A stretch of 64,000 nt of DNA from an uncultured Marinosulfonomonas sp. (GTDB taxonomy: Bacteria; Pseudomonadota; Alphaproteobacteria; Rhodobacterales; Rhodobacteraceae). Shown here piece after piece: positions 38,932-48,345 of the stretch; the first letter of the stretch is position 1, and each line of letters starts with the position of its first letter. The position numbers and the translations under genes are program-made. Under the pieces are notes generated by a model. That model was not told where the DNA came from. It searched no databases and saw only the letters and a list, made by a program, of their open reading frames with translations. Where the stretch lies: the NCBI GenBank assembly GCA_964473185.1, contig CAYYOF010000002.1:28635-92634 (forward strand). Direction: 5' to 3'.

Positions 38932-38995
38932 TTTCTTCTTTTCAGAAATACCTCCGCCGGAGGCATCCGCGTTTTGGCCCGTAGGGGCAAAACGC
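38932..38995. repeat. REP-like element plus adjacent hairpin
   Basis: TTTCTTCTTTTCAGAAATACCTCCGCCGGAGGCA followed by GCGTTTTG..CAAAACGC. Confidence 0.75.
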
Positions 38996-39025
38996 TCGGG
39001 GTGACACGCGTAGCGTGGCACAACC

Positions 39026-40207
39026 CTAATAGGTAACGCGCAACGCTTCCAACCCATGAAAATGATAGAGGTTTGCAAACTGTGGCCCTTCCGCCAAACA
39101 CAAATCCGGGCAGCGGGAAAACAACACAGGCAAGGCAATCTGCATCTCCAGCCGTGCCAATGGGGCGCCTACGCAAAAATGTAAACCGCCGCCAAAGGAT
39201 GTATTTGCCTTTAATGGCCGGTTCGGGATGAACTGATCCGACGCATCATATGCAAATGGATCACGGTTGGCGCTGGCCAGCAGGCAGCCAATGGTCTGGC
39301 CGCGCTTTATATCATGGCCCAGCAGCTCCAGATCCTCAGTGGCGATGCGCATAAAAATATGCAGCGGCGGGGTGAAACGCAGGATTTCCTCGACCGTGGC
39401 CTCGACCGTATCGGGGGCCAGCGTCGTCACAGGTGTTTTGGTCTCCAACAGGGTTTTGATGCCGTTGCCCATGGTGTGCACCGTGGCCTCGTGGCCTGCG
39501 TTCAGCAGCAGGATGCAGGTGGTGATCAACTCGTCTGTTGACAACTTTTCCCCACCTTCCTCGGCCGCGATCAGATGGGTGATCAGATCATCCGCAGGGC
39601 TGGCGCGGCGTTTTTCAACGTAACCACGCATGAAATCCCCAAATTCGGTGCTGGCGCGGGCGGCGGCGTCTTCATCAGCAATGGTGCGGCCCGCCTGATA
39701 CATGCCAACCATCGCGTTGGACCATGCCAACAGTTGATCGGCCATCGCCTCGGGCACCCCCAACAAACGAGCAATGATGATGACGGGGATTTTCTGCGCG
39801 TAAGCGGGCAGCAGGTCGACACCGCCTGTGGGAAACGCATCTATCAACTGATGGCACAACGCCTCAATCTCGGGCGCCAACTCCTTGATCCGGCGCGAGG
39901 TGAACGCCCGCAGCACCAAAGACCGCAGGCGGGTGTGGCGTGGCGGGTCCAGTTCCAGCATCGAATGGGCTTCGATCGCGTAAAACGGGGCGAGGCGTTC
40001 GGGGATGGGGGCTTGCAGGTCAGCAGGCATTTCACGCCCCAGCCGTCGGTCGCGCAAAATCGCGTTCACCGCGTCATAGCCGCCAGCGCAGACCATATTG
40101 TAGTCATCCCAGAACACCAGATCACCCAAATGGCGGATGCGGTCGTAAAACGGATAGGGGTTTTGCACGAATGCGGGATCGGTCGGGGATTGGCTGATAT
40201 GTTTCAT
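39026..40207 (-). CDS. Cytochrome P450
   Basis: LLNAGHEAT (I-helix), EEILR (ExxR), FGGGLHFCVG (heme Cys). Confidence 0.95.
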   Translation of the reverse strand: MKHISQSPTDPAFVQNPYPFYDRIRHLGDLVFWDDYNMVCAGGYDAVNAILRDRRLGREMPADLQAPIPERLAPFYAIEAHSMLELDPPRHTRLRSLVLRAFTSRRIKELAPEIEALCHQLIDAFPTGGVDLLPAYAQKIPVIIIARLLGVPEAMADQLLAWSNAMVGMYQAGRTIADEDAAARASTEFGDFMRGYVEKRRASPADDLITHLIAAEEGGEKLSTDELITTCILLLNAGHEATVHTMGNGIKTLLETKTPVTTLAPDTVEATVEEILRFTPPLHIFMRIATEDLELLGHDIKRGQTIGCLLASANRDPFAYDASDQFIPNRPLKANTSFGGGLHFCVGAPLARLEMQIALPVLFSRCPDLCLAEGPQFANLYHFHGLEALRVTY

Positions 40208-40267
40208 CCGGTGATTTTCACCAAAGGGGATGGTCATTGCAAGCGCAGGTTTTTACAATCGCACCCT

Positions 40268-41959
40268 ATGACAGGTTTTGCCACAGGTCGCGCGATTGCG
40301 CTGGTTCTATTTCTGGCCTTGGTCGCAGGTGTTGCGGGCGGGGCGGGGTGGTTTGCCTACTCGGCAGCTTTAACCCAGCTGGCAGCACGCGGGCAGGCTG
40401 ATTTGTCGCTGGCCTCGGACCGGTTGGTCGGGCAATTGCAACGGTTTCGCCAAGTGGCGGTGTTGATGGCCGATCATCCGGAACTGGTGGCGCTGGCCAA
40501 GGGGGAGGGCGCGGCGACGCAAGCCTCGCGCTTGTTGCTGGCCACGGCGGATAAAACCGGTGCGGTTGAAATCCTGCTGGCATCAGGGGACGGGCAGGTG
40601 CTTGCCTCCTCAAAGCCGCACGTTAGCGCCCCTCTGACAGGTCAGCCGCATTACGAGCGCGCTATGCGTGGCGCACTTGGCACCAGCCACGCCAGAATTC
40701 AGGGCAGTAACCAGCGGGCGTTTTTTTTCGCCGCCCCGATCCTTGAAGGGGACAAGGCGCTAGGGGCGGTGATTGTGGCCGTCGATATGGAGGCGGTCGA
40801 GGAATCTGATTGGCGGGGTGATCCGCATGCGGTGTTTTTCACCGATGCGGCGGGGGTGATCTTTGTTGCCAACCGTTCCGAACTGGTGTTGCGTAGCCGC
40901 AAAGCGGCAGGCGGATTTGGCCCCGATGCGGTGCGCAATATTGGCGGTCATGAAATCTGGTCAATCAATTCCGGCCCCTATATCCCGCGCCGCGCCCTGC
41001 ATTTGACCCAGCCCTTGCCGATCATCGGCATGACTGGTGAAGTGTTGTTGAACACCGCAACCGCGCAGCGCTTGGCGTGGCTTCAAGCGGCGGCGGTGGC
41101 GGCGCTGTTGCTGGCCTTTGGCGCGATCCTGTTCTGGGTGACGGAACGCAGGCGGGCCTTGGCCGCGCGGCTTCAGATCGAGGCCAGCGCCAAGGCCGAG
41201 TTGGAAACCCGCGTCGAGGAGCGCACCCATGAATTAAAGCAGGCGCAGGCCGATCTGGTGCAGGCGGGCAAACTGTCGGCACTGGGGCAGATGTCGGCGG
41301 GGATCAGCCACGAGTTGAACCAGCCGCTGATGGCGATCCGCTCGTTCGCGGAAAATGCCGAAACCTATCTGGAGCGTGGCAAGCTGGATGTGGCGGGTCA
41401 GAACCTTGGGCGGATATCCGAGTTGGCGCGGCGCATGGGGCGGATCATCAGCAATTTCCGCGCCTTCGCCAAACAAGAGAGCGAGCCGATTTCGGATGTG
41501 GATATCGTGGCGGTGGTGGACGCGGTGCTGGAGATGTCCGAGGCGCGGTTTGCCAAGGATAAGGTGGAGATCAGCTGGACGCCGCCATCCGCGCCAGTGT
41601 TTGTGCGTGGCGGCGAAGTGCGCTTGCAGCAGGTGCTGGTCAACCTGATCTCGAACGCGATTGACGCGATGGAAGGCGCACCTGTGCGCCGGATCGAGAT
41701 TGCAGTGGAAACCGGCGCGCACAAGGCCCGCCTGCGGGTGCGTGATACGGGGCCTGGGATCGAGGCACCGGAAAAGATTTTCGACCCCTATTACACCACC
41801 AAGGCGATTGGTAAATCCGAGGGTATGGGGCTGGGTCTGTCGATATCTTACGGTCTGGTGCAAAGCTTTGGCGGTGATATTCGAGGGCGTAACCATGAGC
41901 AAGGCGGGGCGGTGTTTACGGTTGAATTGGCGCGATCAGTGATGGAGAAGGCAGCATGA
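40268..41959 (+). CDS. dctB: C4-dicarboxylate sensor histidine kinase, DctB-type
   Basis: TM-Cache-TM, ISHELNQPL (H box), NLISNAIDA, DTGPGI, GMGLGLSISYG; start ATG 40268. Confidence 0.88.
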   Translation: MTGFATGRAIALVLFLALVAGVAGGAGWFAYSAALTQLAARGQADLSLASDRLVGQLQRFRQVAVLMADHPELVALAKGEGAATQASRLLLATADKTGAVEILLASGDGQVLASSKPHVSAPLTGQPHYERAMRGALGTSHARIQGSNQRAFFFAAPILEGDKALGAVIVAVDMEAVEESDWRGDPHAVFFTDAAGVIFVANRSELVLRSRKAAGGFGPDAVRNIGGHEIWSINSGPYIPRRALHLTQPLPIIGMTGEVLLNTATAQRLAWLQAAAVAALLLAFGAILFWVTERRRALAARLQIEASAKAELETRVEERTHELKQAQADLVQAGKLSALGQMSAGISHELNQPLMAIRSFAENAETYLERGKLDVAGQNLGRISELARRMGRIISNFRAFAKQESEPISDVDIVAVVDAVLEMSEARFAKDKVEISWTPPSAPVFVRGGEVRLQQVLVNLISNAIDAMEGAPVRRIEIAVETGAHKARLRVRDTGPGIEAPEKIFDPYYTTKAIGKSEGMGLGLSISYGLVQSFGGDIRGRNHEQGGAVFTVELARSVMEKAA

Positions 41960-43179
41960 ATATGCGGGTTTTATTGGTTGATGACGACGCATCCGTGCGC
42001 GAGGCGCTGGGTCAAACGCTGGAGCTGGCCGATATGTCGCCGATCCTTGCGGGCAGCTATATCGAGGCCAAGGATCACATCAGCACCGATTTTGACGGGG
42101 TGGTTATCAGTGACATTCGTATGCCGGGCAAGGATGGTTTTGCCTTGCTGGAATATGTGCGCGGGGTGGACGCGGACTTGCCGGTGATCCTGCTGACCGG
42201 CGAGGGCGACATCCCGATGGCGGTCAAGGGGATCAGTGCGGGCGCCTTTGATTTTCTGGAAAAACCATGTGCGCCAAAGGATTTGTTGGCGGTGGTGGAA
42301 CGGGCGCAGAAAACCCGTGCGCTGGTGCTGGAAAACCGCCAGTTAAAACGCCAGTTGGAAACGGGGGATGCGGCGGCGCGGATGCTGTTTGGCACATCGG
42401 CATTATCCGAAGAACTGCGCATGAATGTGCGGGCCGTGGCACGAACGGGGGCCGAGGTTCTGATCAGTGGTGCGCCGGGCACGGGCACCTCGAAGATTGC
42501 CGAGGTGATTCATTTACTGTCTGCGGTCTCGGACGGGCCGTTTGTGAAAACGGCGGCGGCGTCACTTATGCCCGAGAGTTTGGCCGAGGCATTGGCGGGG
42601 GCCGATGGTGGTAGCCTGTTTTTGGACGAGGTGGCGGCGCTGTTGCCATCGGCACAGTTTGCACTGCTCGAATGCCTTGAGAAAAACTGCGGTGCACGGG
42701 TGTTGGCGGGCAGTTACCGTGATTTGGCCGAGGAGGTTGCGGCGGGGCGGTTTAATCACGACCTTTATTACAAGCTGGCTGTGACGGGTGTGCGCATTCC
42801 CAGTTTGCGCGAGAGGCCCGAGGATATACCGGTGTTGTTTCGCCATTACGTCGCCATTGCTTGTGAACAGGCAGCCCTGCCATTGCCCGACATCACACCC
42901 GCAATGATTTCCCGCCTGATGTCCCAAGACTGGCCCGGAAATGCGCGAGCGCTGATGAATGCGGCAATGCGGTTTGCACTTGCGCTAGGCGAGGGCGAGG
43001 AAGAGGCCGAACTGGGGTTGAATGATCAATTGGCGCAGGTTGAGCGCTCGTTGCTGGCGGAAGCCTTACAACGCCATAACGGCAATGCAAGCGAAGCGGC
43101 GCGGGGGCTGAAACTGCCGCGCAAAACCTTTTATGACAAGCTGGCAAAATACGGGATTCGTCCTGACGGGTTTCGCTAA
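41956..43179 (+). CDS. dctD: DctD-type response regulator with degenerate AAA+ domain and Fis-type HTH
   Basis: VLLVDDD, SDIRMPG, LTGEGD, FLEKP, WPGNARAL, LPRKTFYDKL. Confidence 0.85.
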   Translation: MNMRVLLVDDDASVREALGQTLELADMSPILAGSYIEAKDHISTDFDGVVISDIRMPGKDGFALLEYVRGVDADLPVILLTGEGDIPMAVKGISAGAFDFLEKPCAPKDLLAVVERAQKTRALVLENRQLKRQLETGDAAARMLFGTSALSEELRMNVRAVARTGAEVLISGAPGTGTSKIAEVIHLLSAVSDGPFVKTAAASLMPESLAEALAGADGGSLFLDEVAALLPSAQFALLECLEKNCGARVLAGSYRDLAEEVAAGRFNHDLYYKLAVTGVRIPSLRERPEDIPVLFRHYVAIACEQAALPLPDITPAMISRLMSQDWPGNARALMNAAMRFALALGEGEEEAELGLNDQLAQVERSLLAEALQRHNGNASEAARGLKLPRKTFYDKLAKYGIRPDGFR

Positions 43180-43182
43180 ATC

Positions 43183-43233
43183 TGTGCGGAAAACCGCACA
43201 GCGCATCATTTGTGCTGTGTGAAAATCCGCCAC
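43183..43233. promoter_or_regulatory. Tandem DctD-type binding sites upstream of dctP
   Basis: Perfect TGTGCGG-AAAA-CCGCACA at 43183-43200 and a degenerate copy TGTGTGAAAATCCGCCAC 33 bp later. Confidence 0.65.
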
Positions 43234-43262
43234 TCTGACACATGGCAATGATCAGCAAACCC

Positions 43263-43278
43263 GTTAACCATTGGTTAA
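43263..43278. promoter_or_regulatory. CtrA-consensus box in the dctP promoter
   Basis: Minus strand TTAA-CCAATGG-TTAAC. Confidence 0.5.
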
Positions 43279-43413
43279 GTAAGGCAATTCCCCTTTGTAA
43301 CGTCTCTGTGAAGTTTTTCTTGAGCGGTGGGCCCTGCTGGGGTCTGATCACTGTGGGTGCCCGATTTCGGGTGCACATCTATGCAATGTCTCAAAACCCG
43401 GGAGGAGACCCCT

Positions 43414-44415
43414 ATGAAATTCCTGACTGCTGCCACCGTTGCTGTGGCCCTGTCCTTTACTGCACAAGCCGCAAGCGCGTCCTGCGAAGAAGGCGAAGTT
43501 GTAATCAAGTTTGCCCACGTGACCAACACCGACAAGCACCCTAAAGGGATTGCTGCGACGTTGCTGGCCGAACGTGTAAATGCCGAAATGAACGGCAAGG
43601 CGTGTATGGAAGTCTATCCAAACTCGACCCTTTATGATGATAACAAAGTTCTGGAAGCCATGCTTCAGGGCGACGTCCAACTGGCCGCACCATCATTGTC
43701 CAAGTTTGAAAAGTTCACCAAAAAGTTCCGCCTGTTTGATCTGCCTTTCATGTTCGAAAGCATGGATGCGGTTGATGCATTCCAAACGGGTGAATCTGGC
43801 CAAGCGCTGCTGGACTCCATGCAAAACCGTGGTCTGCAAGGGCTGGCGTTCTGGCATAACGGCCTGAAGCAACTGTCCGCCAACAAACCACTGATCGCGC
43901 CAACAGACGCAAACGGTTTGAAGTTCCGCGTGCAATCCAGCGACGTTCTGGTAGCCCAGATGGAAGCCATCGGCGGCTCGCCGCAGAAAATGGCGTTCTC
44001 CGAAGTATACGGCGCGCTGCAACAGGGCGTTGTCGATGGTCAGGAAAACACATGGTCCAACATCTTTGGCAAGAAGTTCTTTGAGGTTCAGGACGGCGTG
44101 ACCGAAACCAACCACGGCATCATCGACTATCTGGTGGTGACCAATGTTGACTGGCTGGCCAGCCTTGACGCCGACGTGCGTGACCAACTGCTGACCATCC
44201 TTGGCGAAGTCACAACCATGCGCAACGCCGAAGCATTCGCTGTGAACGAGGCTGCCAAAGCGTCGATCATCGCCGCTGGTGGCACCATTCGTGTGCTGGA
44301 TGCGGACCAACGCCAAGCATGGGTTGATGTGATGATGCCTGTTTGGGATCAGTTCGTAGGCGACGTTGGCCAAGACGCGATTGATGCAGCGCAAGCGATC
44401 AACGACTCGATGTAA
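43414..44415 (+). CDS. dctP: TRAP transporter substrate-binding protein DctP
   Basis: Signal peptide, IKFAHV..HPKG, KFRVQSS, AFSEVYGALQQGVVDGQENTWSN; SD GGAGG. Confidence 0.93.
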   Translation: MKFLTAATVAVALSFTAQAASASCEEGEVVIKFAHVTNTDKHPKGIAATLLAERVNAEMNGKACMEVYPNSTLYDDNKVLEAMLQGDVQLAAPSLSKFEKFTKKFRLFDLPFMFESMDAVDAFQTGESGQALLDSMQNRGLQGLAFWHNGLKQLSANKPLIAPTDANGLKFRVQSSDVLVAQMEAIGGSPQKMAFSEVYGALQQGVVDGQENTWSNIFGKKFFEVQDGVTETNHGIIDYLVVTNVDWLASLDADVRDQLLTILGEVTTMRNAEAFAVNEAAKASIIAAGGTIRVLDADQRQAWVDVMMPVWDQFVGDVGQDAIDAAQAINDSM

Positions 44416-44434
44416 GTCAATCGTTACAAAAACA

Positions 44435-44464
44435 GCACGTGGCCCCGCCAAGAGGGCCGCGCGC
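44435..44464 (+). terminator. Stem-loop between dctP and dctQ (mRNA stabilisation or partial termination)
   Basis: GTGGCCC..GGGCCGC hairpin without a U-tract. Confidence 0.5.
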
Positions 44465-44492
44465 AACACGATATTTTAGGGGAGGGGACGTG

Positions 44493-45167
44493 ATGCATGA
44501 ACATCATCAGACAAGTTTTGTCGACCGCATAGAAGAGACGCTGATCGCAGCCCTTCTGGGCGCTATGACGTTGCTGACATTTGCCAATGTGATTGCGCGC
44601 TACGTCTTTAACTCCAACATTCTGTGGGCGCTGGAAATGACCGTGTTCATGTTCGCCTGGCTGGTTTTGCTGGGTGCACCCTATGCGGTTAAAAAGGGCA
44701 CCCATCTGGGGGTGGACGCGCTGATCAACATTTTGCCTGACCACATCCGCAAGATTTTCGCGCTGGTGGCGGTGGCAATTTGTATCGCCTTCACCTTTTT
44801 GTTGCTGAAAGGCGCGTGGGATTACTGGGCCAATTTCGCCAATCTGCCCCGCACCGAAGGCCGCTGGTTCCCGACCGGATTTCAGGAAAACCCCCGTGGC
44901 CAAGGCTGGTTTGAGACCAACGACATCCCGCACCCCGCGTTTTTGAACTGGATGGCGGGTGTGTTTAACGAGGGAGAGCCTTATGAAAAACTACCGCGCA
45001 TGGTGCCTTATATGGTGCTGCCGATTTCAATGGCGCTGCTTTTTTACCGGTTCATTCAAGCAGGCGTGGCGATTTGGCGGGGCGAGACGGATCGTCTGAT
45101 TGCCAGCCACGAAGTCGAGGATGAGTTAGAGGAAATGCGCGAAGCGCGTGGGGAGAATGCCCAATGA
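44493..45167 (+). CDS. dctQ: TRAP small permease DctQ
   Basis: NVIARYVF..WALE, GTHLGVD. Confidence 0.92.
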   Translation: MHEHHQTSFVDRIEETLIAALLGAMTLLTFANVIARYVFNSNILWALEMTVFMFAWLVLLGAPYAVKKGTHLGVDALINILPDHIRKIFALVAVAICIAFTFLLLKGAWDYWANFANLPRTEGRWFPTGFQENPRGQGWFETNDIPHPAFLNWMAGVFNEGEPYEKLPRMVPYMVLPISMALLFYRFIQAGVAIWRGETDRLIASHEVEDELEEMREARGENAQ

Positions 45168-46558
45168 CCGTAGCCCTTCTGTTCGCCATGGTGATCGGTC
45201 TGATGATGATCGGTGTGCCTATCGCTGTTTCGCTGGGCATGAGTTCGGTGATGTTCTTGCTGATTTTCTCGGACTCCTCGCTCGCGTCCGTTGCCCAAAC
45301 GCTTTTCGCCGCCTTTGAGGGCCATTCAACCCTGCTTGCGATCCCGTTCTTTATTCTGGCGTCGTCCTTCATGTCGACGGGCGGCGTGGCGGAACGGATC
45401 ATCCGGTTTTCCATCGCTTGCGTTGGCCACTTTCGCGGTGGTCTGGCGATTGCGGGCGTGTTCGCCTGTATGATGTTCGCGGCCCTGTCGGGGTCTAGCC
45501 CTGCGACTGTGGTTGCCATCGGTTCCATCGTGATCGCTGCAATGACCAAGGCGGGCTACACCAAGGATTTCGCCGCTGGCGTGATCTGTAACGCGGGCAC
45601 TTTGGGCATCCTGATCCCGCCCTCGATTGTGATGGTGGTTTATGCGGCGGCGGTTGAAGTATCGGTCGGCCGGATGTTCCTTGCGGGCGTGATCCCCGGT
45701 ATTCTGGCAGGGCTAATGCTGATGATTGCCATCTATGTGATGGCGCGGGTCAAGAAGATGCCTGCGGGCGATTGGGCCGGCTGGCGTGAAATCGGGCGGG
45801 CCTTTGGTGATGCATTCTGGGGCTTGATGCTGATCGTGATCATCATGGTCGGGATTTACGGTGTTCCCGGTCTGACCAAAGCGATCTTTACCCCGACCGA
45901 GGCGGCGGCTGTGGCGTCAATCTATGCCTTCTTGATTGCCAGCTTCGTTTACCGTGATATGGGACCATTGGCGGCACGCAACGGGCAGGAAAAATCCAGC
46001 CTTCTGCAAAAACCCCACGCGCTGCTGACGGCGCTGTTTCACCGCGACACCCAGCGCACATTGCTGGACGCGGGCAAGCTGACCATCACCCTGATGTTCG
46101 TCATCGCCATGGCGCTGATCCTGAAGCACGTTCTGACGGACGAACAAATCCCGCAACAGGTGGCCAACGCGATGCTGTCGGCGGGCTTTGGTCCGGTGAT
46201 GTTCCTGATTGTGGTCAACGTGATTCTGCTGGTTGGCGGGCAATTCATGGAGCCATCCGGCTTGCTGGTGATTGTCGCGCCCTTGGTGTTTCCGATTGCC
46301 ATGCAGCTGGGGATCGATCCGATCCATCTGGGCATCATCATGGTGGTGAACATGGAGATCGGCATGATCACTCCGCCGGTGGGTTTGAACCTGTTTGTAA
46401 CGTCAGGCGTGGCCGGAATGCCGATGATGCGGGTGGTCAAGGCAGCGCTGCCGTTCCTCGCCGTGTTGTTCGTGTTCCTGATTATGATCACCTATATTCC
46501 GTGGCTATCAACGGTTTTGCCGAACGCGGTGATGGGGCCGGAAATTATAACGAATTAG
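45164..46558 (+). CDS. dctM: TRAP large permease DctM
   Basis: LLAIPFFILA, ALSGSSPATVVAIG, GTLGILIPPSI, GMITPPVGLNLFV. Confidence 0.94.
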   Translation: MTVALLFAMVIGLMMIGVPIAVSLGMSSVMFLLIFSDSSLASVAQTLFAAFEGHSTLLAIPFFILASSFMSTGGVAERIIRFSIACVGHFRGGLAIAGVFACMMFAALSGSSPATVVAIGSIVIAAMTKAGYTKDFAAGVICNAGTLGILIPPSIVMVVYAAAVEVSVGRMFLAGVIPGILAGLMLMIAIYVMARVKKMPAGDWAGWREIGRAFGDAFWGLMLIVIIMVGIYGVPGLTKAIFTPTEAAAVASIYAFLIASFVYRDMGPLAARNGQEKSSLLQKPHALLTALFHRDTQRTLLDAGKLTITLMFVIAMALILKHVLTDEQIPQQVANAMLSAGFGPVMFLIVVNVILLVGGQFMEPSGLLVIVAPLVFPIAMQLGIDPIHLGIIMVVNMEIGMITPPVGLNLFVTSGVAGMPMMRVVKAALPFLAVLFVFLIMITYIPWLSTVLPNAVMGPEIITN

Positions 46559-46619
46559 GTGCGTTTTCTTACCTGAATAACACTGCGAAAGCTGTTGTTT
46601 TTGTTATGATTCTTGCATT

Positions 46620-46661
46620 TCAAAACAGTTCCACTATTCCGGAATAGTGGAACTGTTTTGA
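46620..46661. repeat. Perfect spacerless 42-bp palindrome between convergent dctM and tpiA
   Basis: TCAAAACAGTTCCACTATTCC|GGAATAGTGGAACTGTTTTGA. Confidence 0.9.
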
Positions 46662-46704
46662 CGCAGGATTTTTCCACGTCAAAACATTCGCATTTAGGCT
46701 TGGT

Positions 46705-47454
46705 TTAGCTGTTTTCAAGCGCCGTAATGATGCCGCTGAAATCATCCGCTTTAAGCGACGCACCACCAACCAGTGCGCCGTCCACATTGGATACCGCAAA
46801 TATCTCGTCGGCGTTGTTTGGTTTGACCGAGCCGCCATAGAGCAAGCGGATCGAACGCCCGACACCTTCGCCAAAGCGTTTTTCAAGTTTGATGCGGATG
46901 AAATCATGCACTTCGCCGATTTGATCCAGCGTCGGAACCTTGCCGGTGCCGATGGCCCAGATCGGCTCATAGGCCACCACAAGGTTTTCACCGGTGACAT
47001 TGTCAGGGATGGAGCCAGCCAACTGCCCTGAAATGATTTCAAGCGTGTTTTTGGCTTCGCGTTCGGCATCGGATTCACCGCAACACACCACGACGATCAG
47101 CCCTGCGGCAATCGCGGCTTTGGCTTTGTTGCGCACATCCTCGTCGCTCTCATCATGGTCTTGGCGGCGTTCAGAGTGACCGACCAGCACGTAGCTTGCC
47201 CCGGCGTCCATCAGCATTTCAGCGGAAATATCGCCGGTGTGGGCACCCGATATGTTGGCGTGGCAATCCTGCCCGCCGGTTTTGATTGGCCCGTCTTCAA
47301 TGCTGGCAGCCATCGCAGCCACAAGCGTGGCAGGCGGGCAAATCAGCACGTCGCATTTCGGGTCGGGGTGTTTTTCGGACAAGGCGTCGATTTCCAGCAT
47401 CGAGCCAAGGGTGCCGTTCATCTTCCAGTTTCCGGCGGCAAGTTTTTTACGCAT
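46705..47454 (-). CDS. tpiA: Triosephosphate isomerase
   Basis: AGNWKMNG, GHSERR, AYEPIWAIGTG, LYGGSVK, LVGGASL. Confidence 0.97.
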   Translation of the reverse strand: MRKKLAAGNWKMNGTLGSMLEIDALSEKHPDPKCDVLICPPATLVAAMAASIEDGPIKTGGQDCHANISGAHTGDISAEMLMDAGASYVLVGHSERRQDHDESDEDVRNKAKAAIAAGLIVVVCCGESDAEREAKNTLEIISGQLAGSIPDNVTGENLVVAYEPIWAIGTGKVPTLDQIGEVHDFIRIKLEKRFGEGVGRSIRLLYGGSVKPNNADEIFAVSNVDGALVGGASLKADDFSGIITALENS

Positions 47455-47578
47455 GATGTGTTCCCTTTGTTGGTTGGGGGAACATGCCCGCAATTGTGGG
47501 GCCAAGGCAAGGGTAGGTGCACGATGTGCGGCAAGTGGAAGCGTTAAAGCGCTTCGATTAACTGATGAAACGCCATTA

Positions 47579-47932
47579 TTATTTCGTTTTGGTGCGTTTT
47601 GCGGCGGCTTTTTGGGCAGGTATCATGGATTTGTTCGCCCAGAACAGCGCCTCTTCGGGATCATCCACCGCGCTTTCAGGTAGGGAAACAAGGCCGGGAA
47701 TGATGCGTACGCCGATTTTAGTATTGTATTGAAACGGCACTGACCCTGACGCGGCATATTCAGCGGCCAGCGGTTTGTCGGCTTTCATATAGAGCGCGTC
47801 GCCAAAGATCACCGCGAACATTGCGCCATCTAGATACAGCGAGGTGCCGCCAAACAAACGGCCTGTGCTGATTGGGCCAAGACCGGCGAACAAGTCACGG
47901 GCATGATTGAGAAAATCAGGGTCCGTCGACAC
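47579..47932 (-). CDS. TfoX/Sxy N-terminal domain family protein
   Basis: RLFGGTSLYLDGAMFAVIFGDALYMKAD. Confidence 0.85.
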   Translation of the reverse strand: MSTDPDFLNHARDLFAGLGPISTGRLFGGTSLYLDGAMFAVIFGDALYMKADKPLAAEYAASGSVPFQYNTKIGVRIIPGLVSLPESAVDDPEEALFWANKSMIPAQKAAAKRTKTK

Positions 47933-48283
47933 CTACATTTCCGCAAATTTGATGGATTCACCACAACCGCACGCTTCGGTTACGTTTGGGTTGCGAAACT
48001 TGAAACCGCTTTCCAGCAGCGATGTTTCATAGTCGATTTCGGTGCCGAACAGAAACATTTGTGCCATCGGCGCGATCATCACGCGGGCACCGGATTCTTC
48101 AACCACCTCGTCCATCGGATCGACCTCGTCGACATAATCCATGGTGTATTCCATGCCTGCGCAGCCACCCTTTTTGATGCCGATACGAAGCCCCTGATGG
48201 CCGTCCTTGGTCATCAGCTTGGAAATTTGCGTGGCGGCGGCAGAGGTTATGCTGACCGCTTGTTTGCCGGGGATGCCGAACAT
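47933..48283 (-). CDS. iscA: A-type Fe-S carrier (IscA/SufA/HesB)
   Basis: GGCAGMEY, FRNPNVTEACGCGES. Confidence 0.9.
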   Translation of the reverse strand: MFGIPGKQAVSITSAAATQISKLMTKDGHQGLRIGIKKGGCAGMEYTMDYVDEVDPMDEVVEESGARVMIAPMAQMFLFGTEIDYETSLLESGFKFRNPNVTEACGCGESIKFAEM

Positions 48284-48345
48284 GTCATGTCTCCTGTTTG
48301 CCAAATATATATAGTGCGTTTGGCATATGATCTCAAGTCTGGTCG

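Noticed and set aside
39575-40267. 230-codon N-terminal extension of the 794-aa dctB ORF
   Set aside because: It lies antisense to the P450 gene and has no sensor features; the TM segment starts right after ATG 40268
43243-43257. Sigma54 -24/-12 promoter (TGGCAATGATCAGCA)
   Set aside because: The GG-to-GC spacing is one base short, and the cognate regulator lacks GAFTGA
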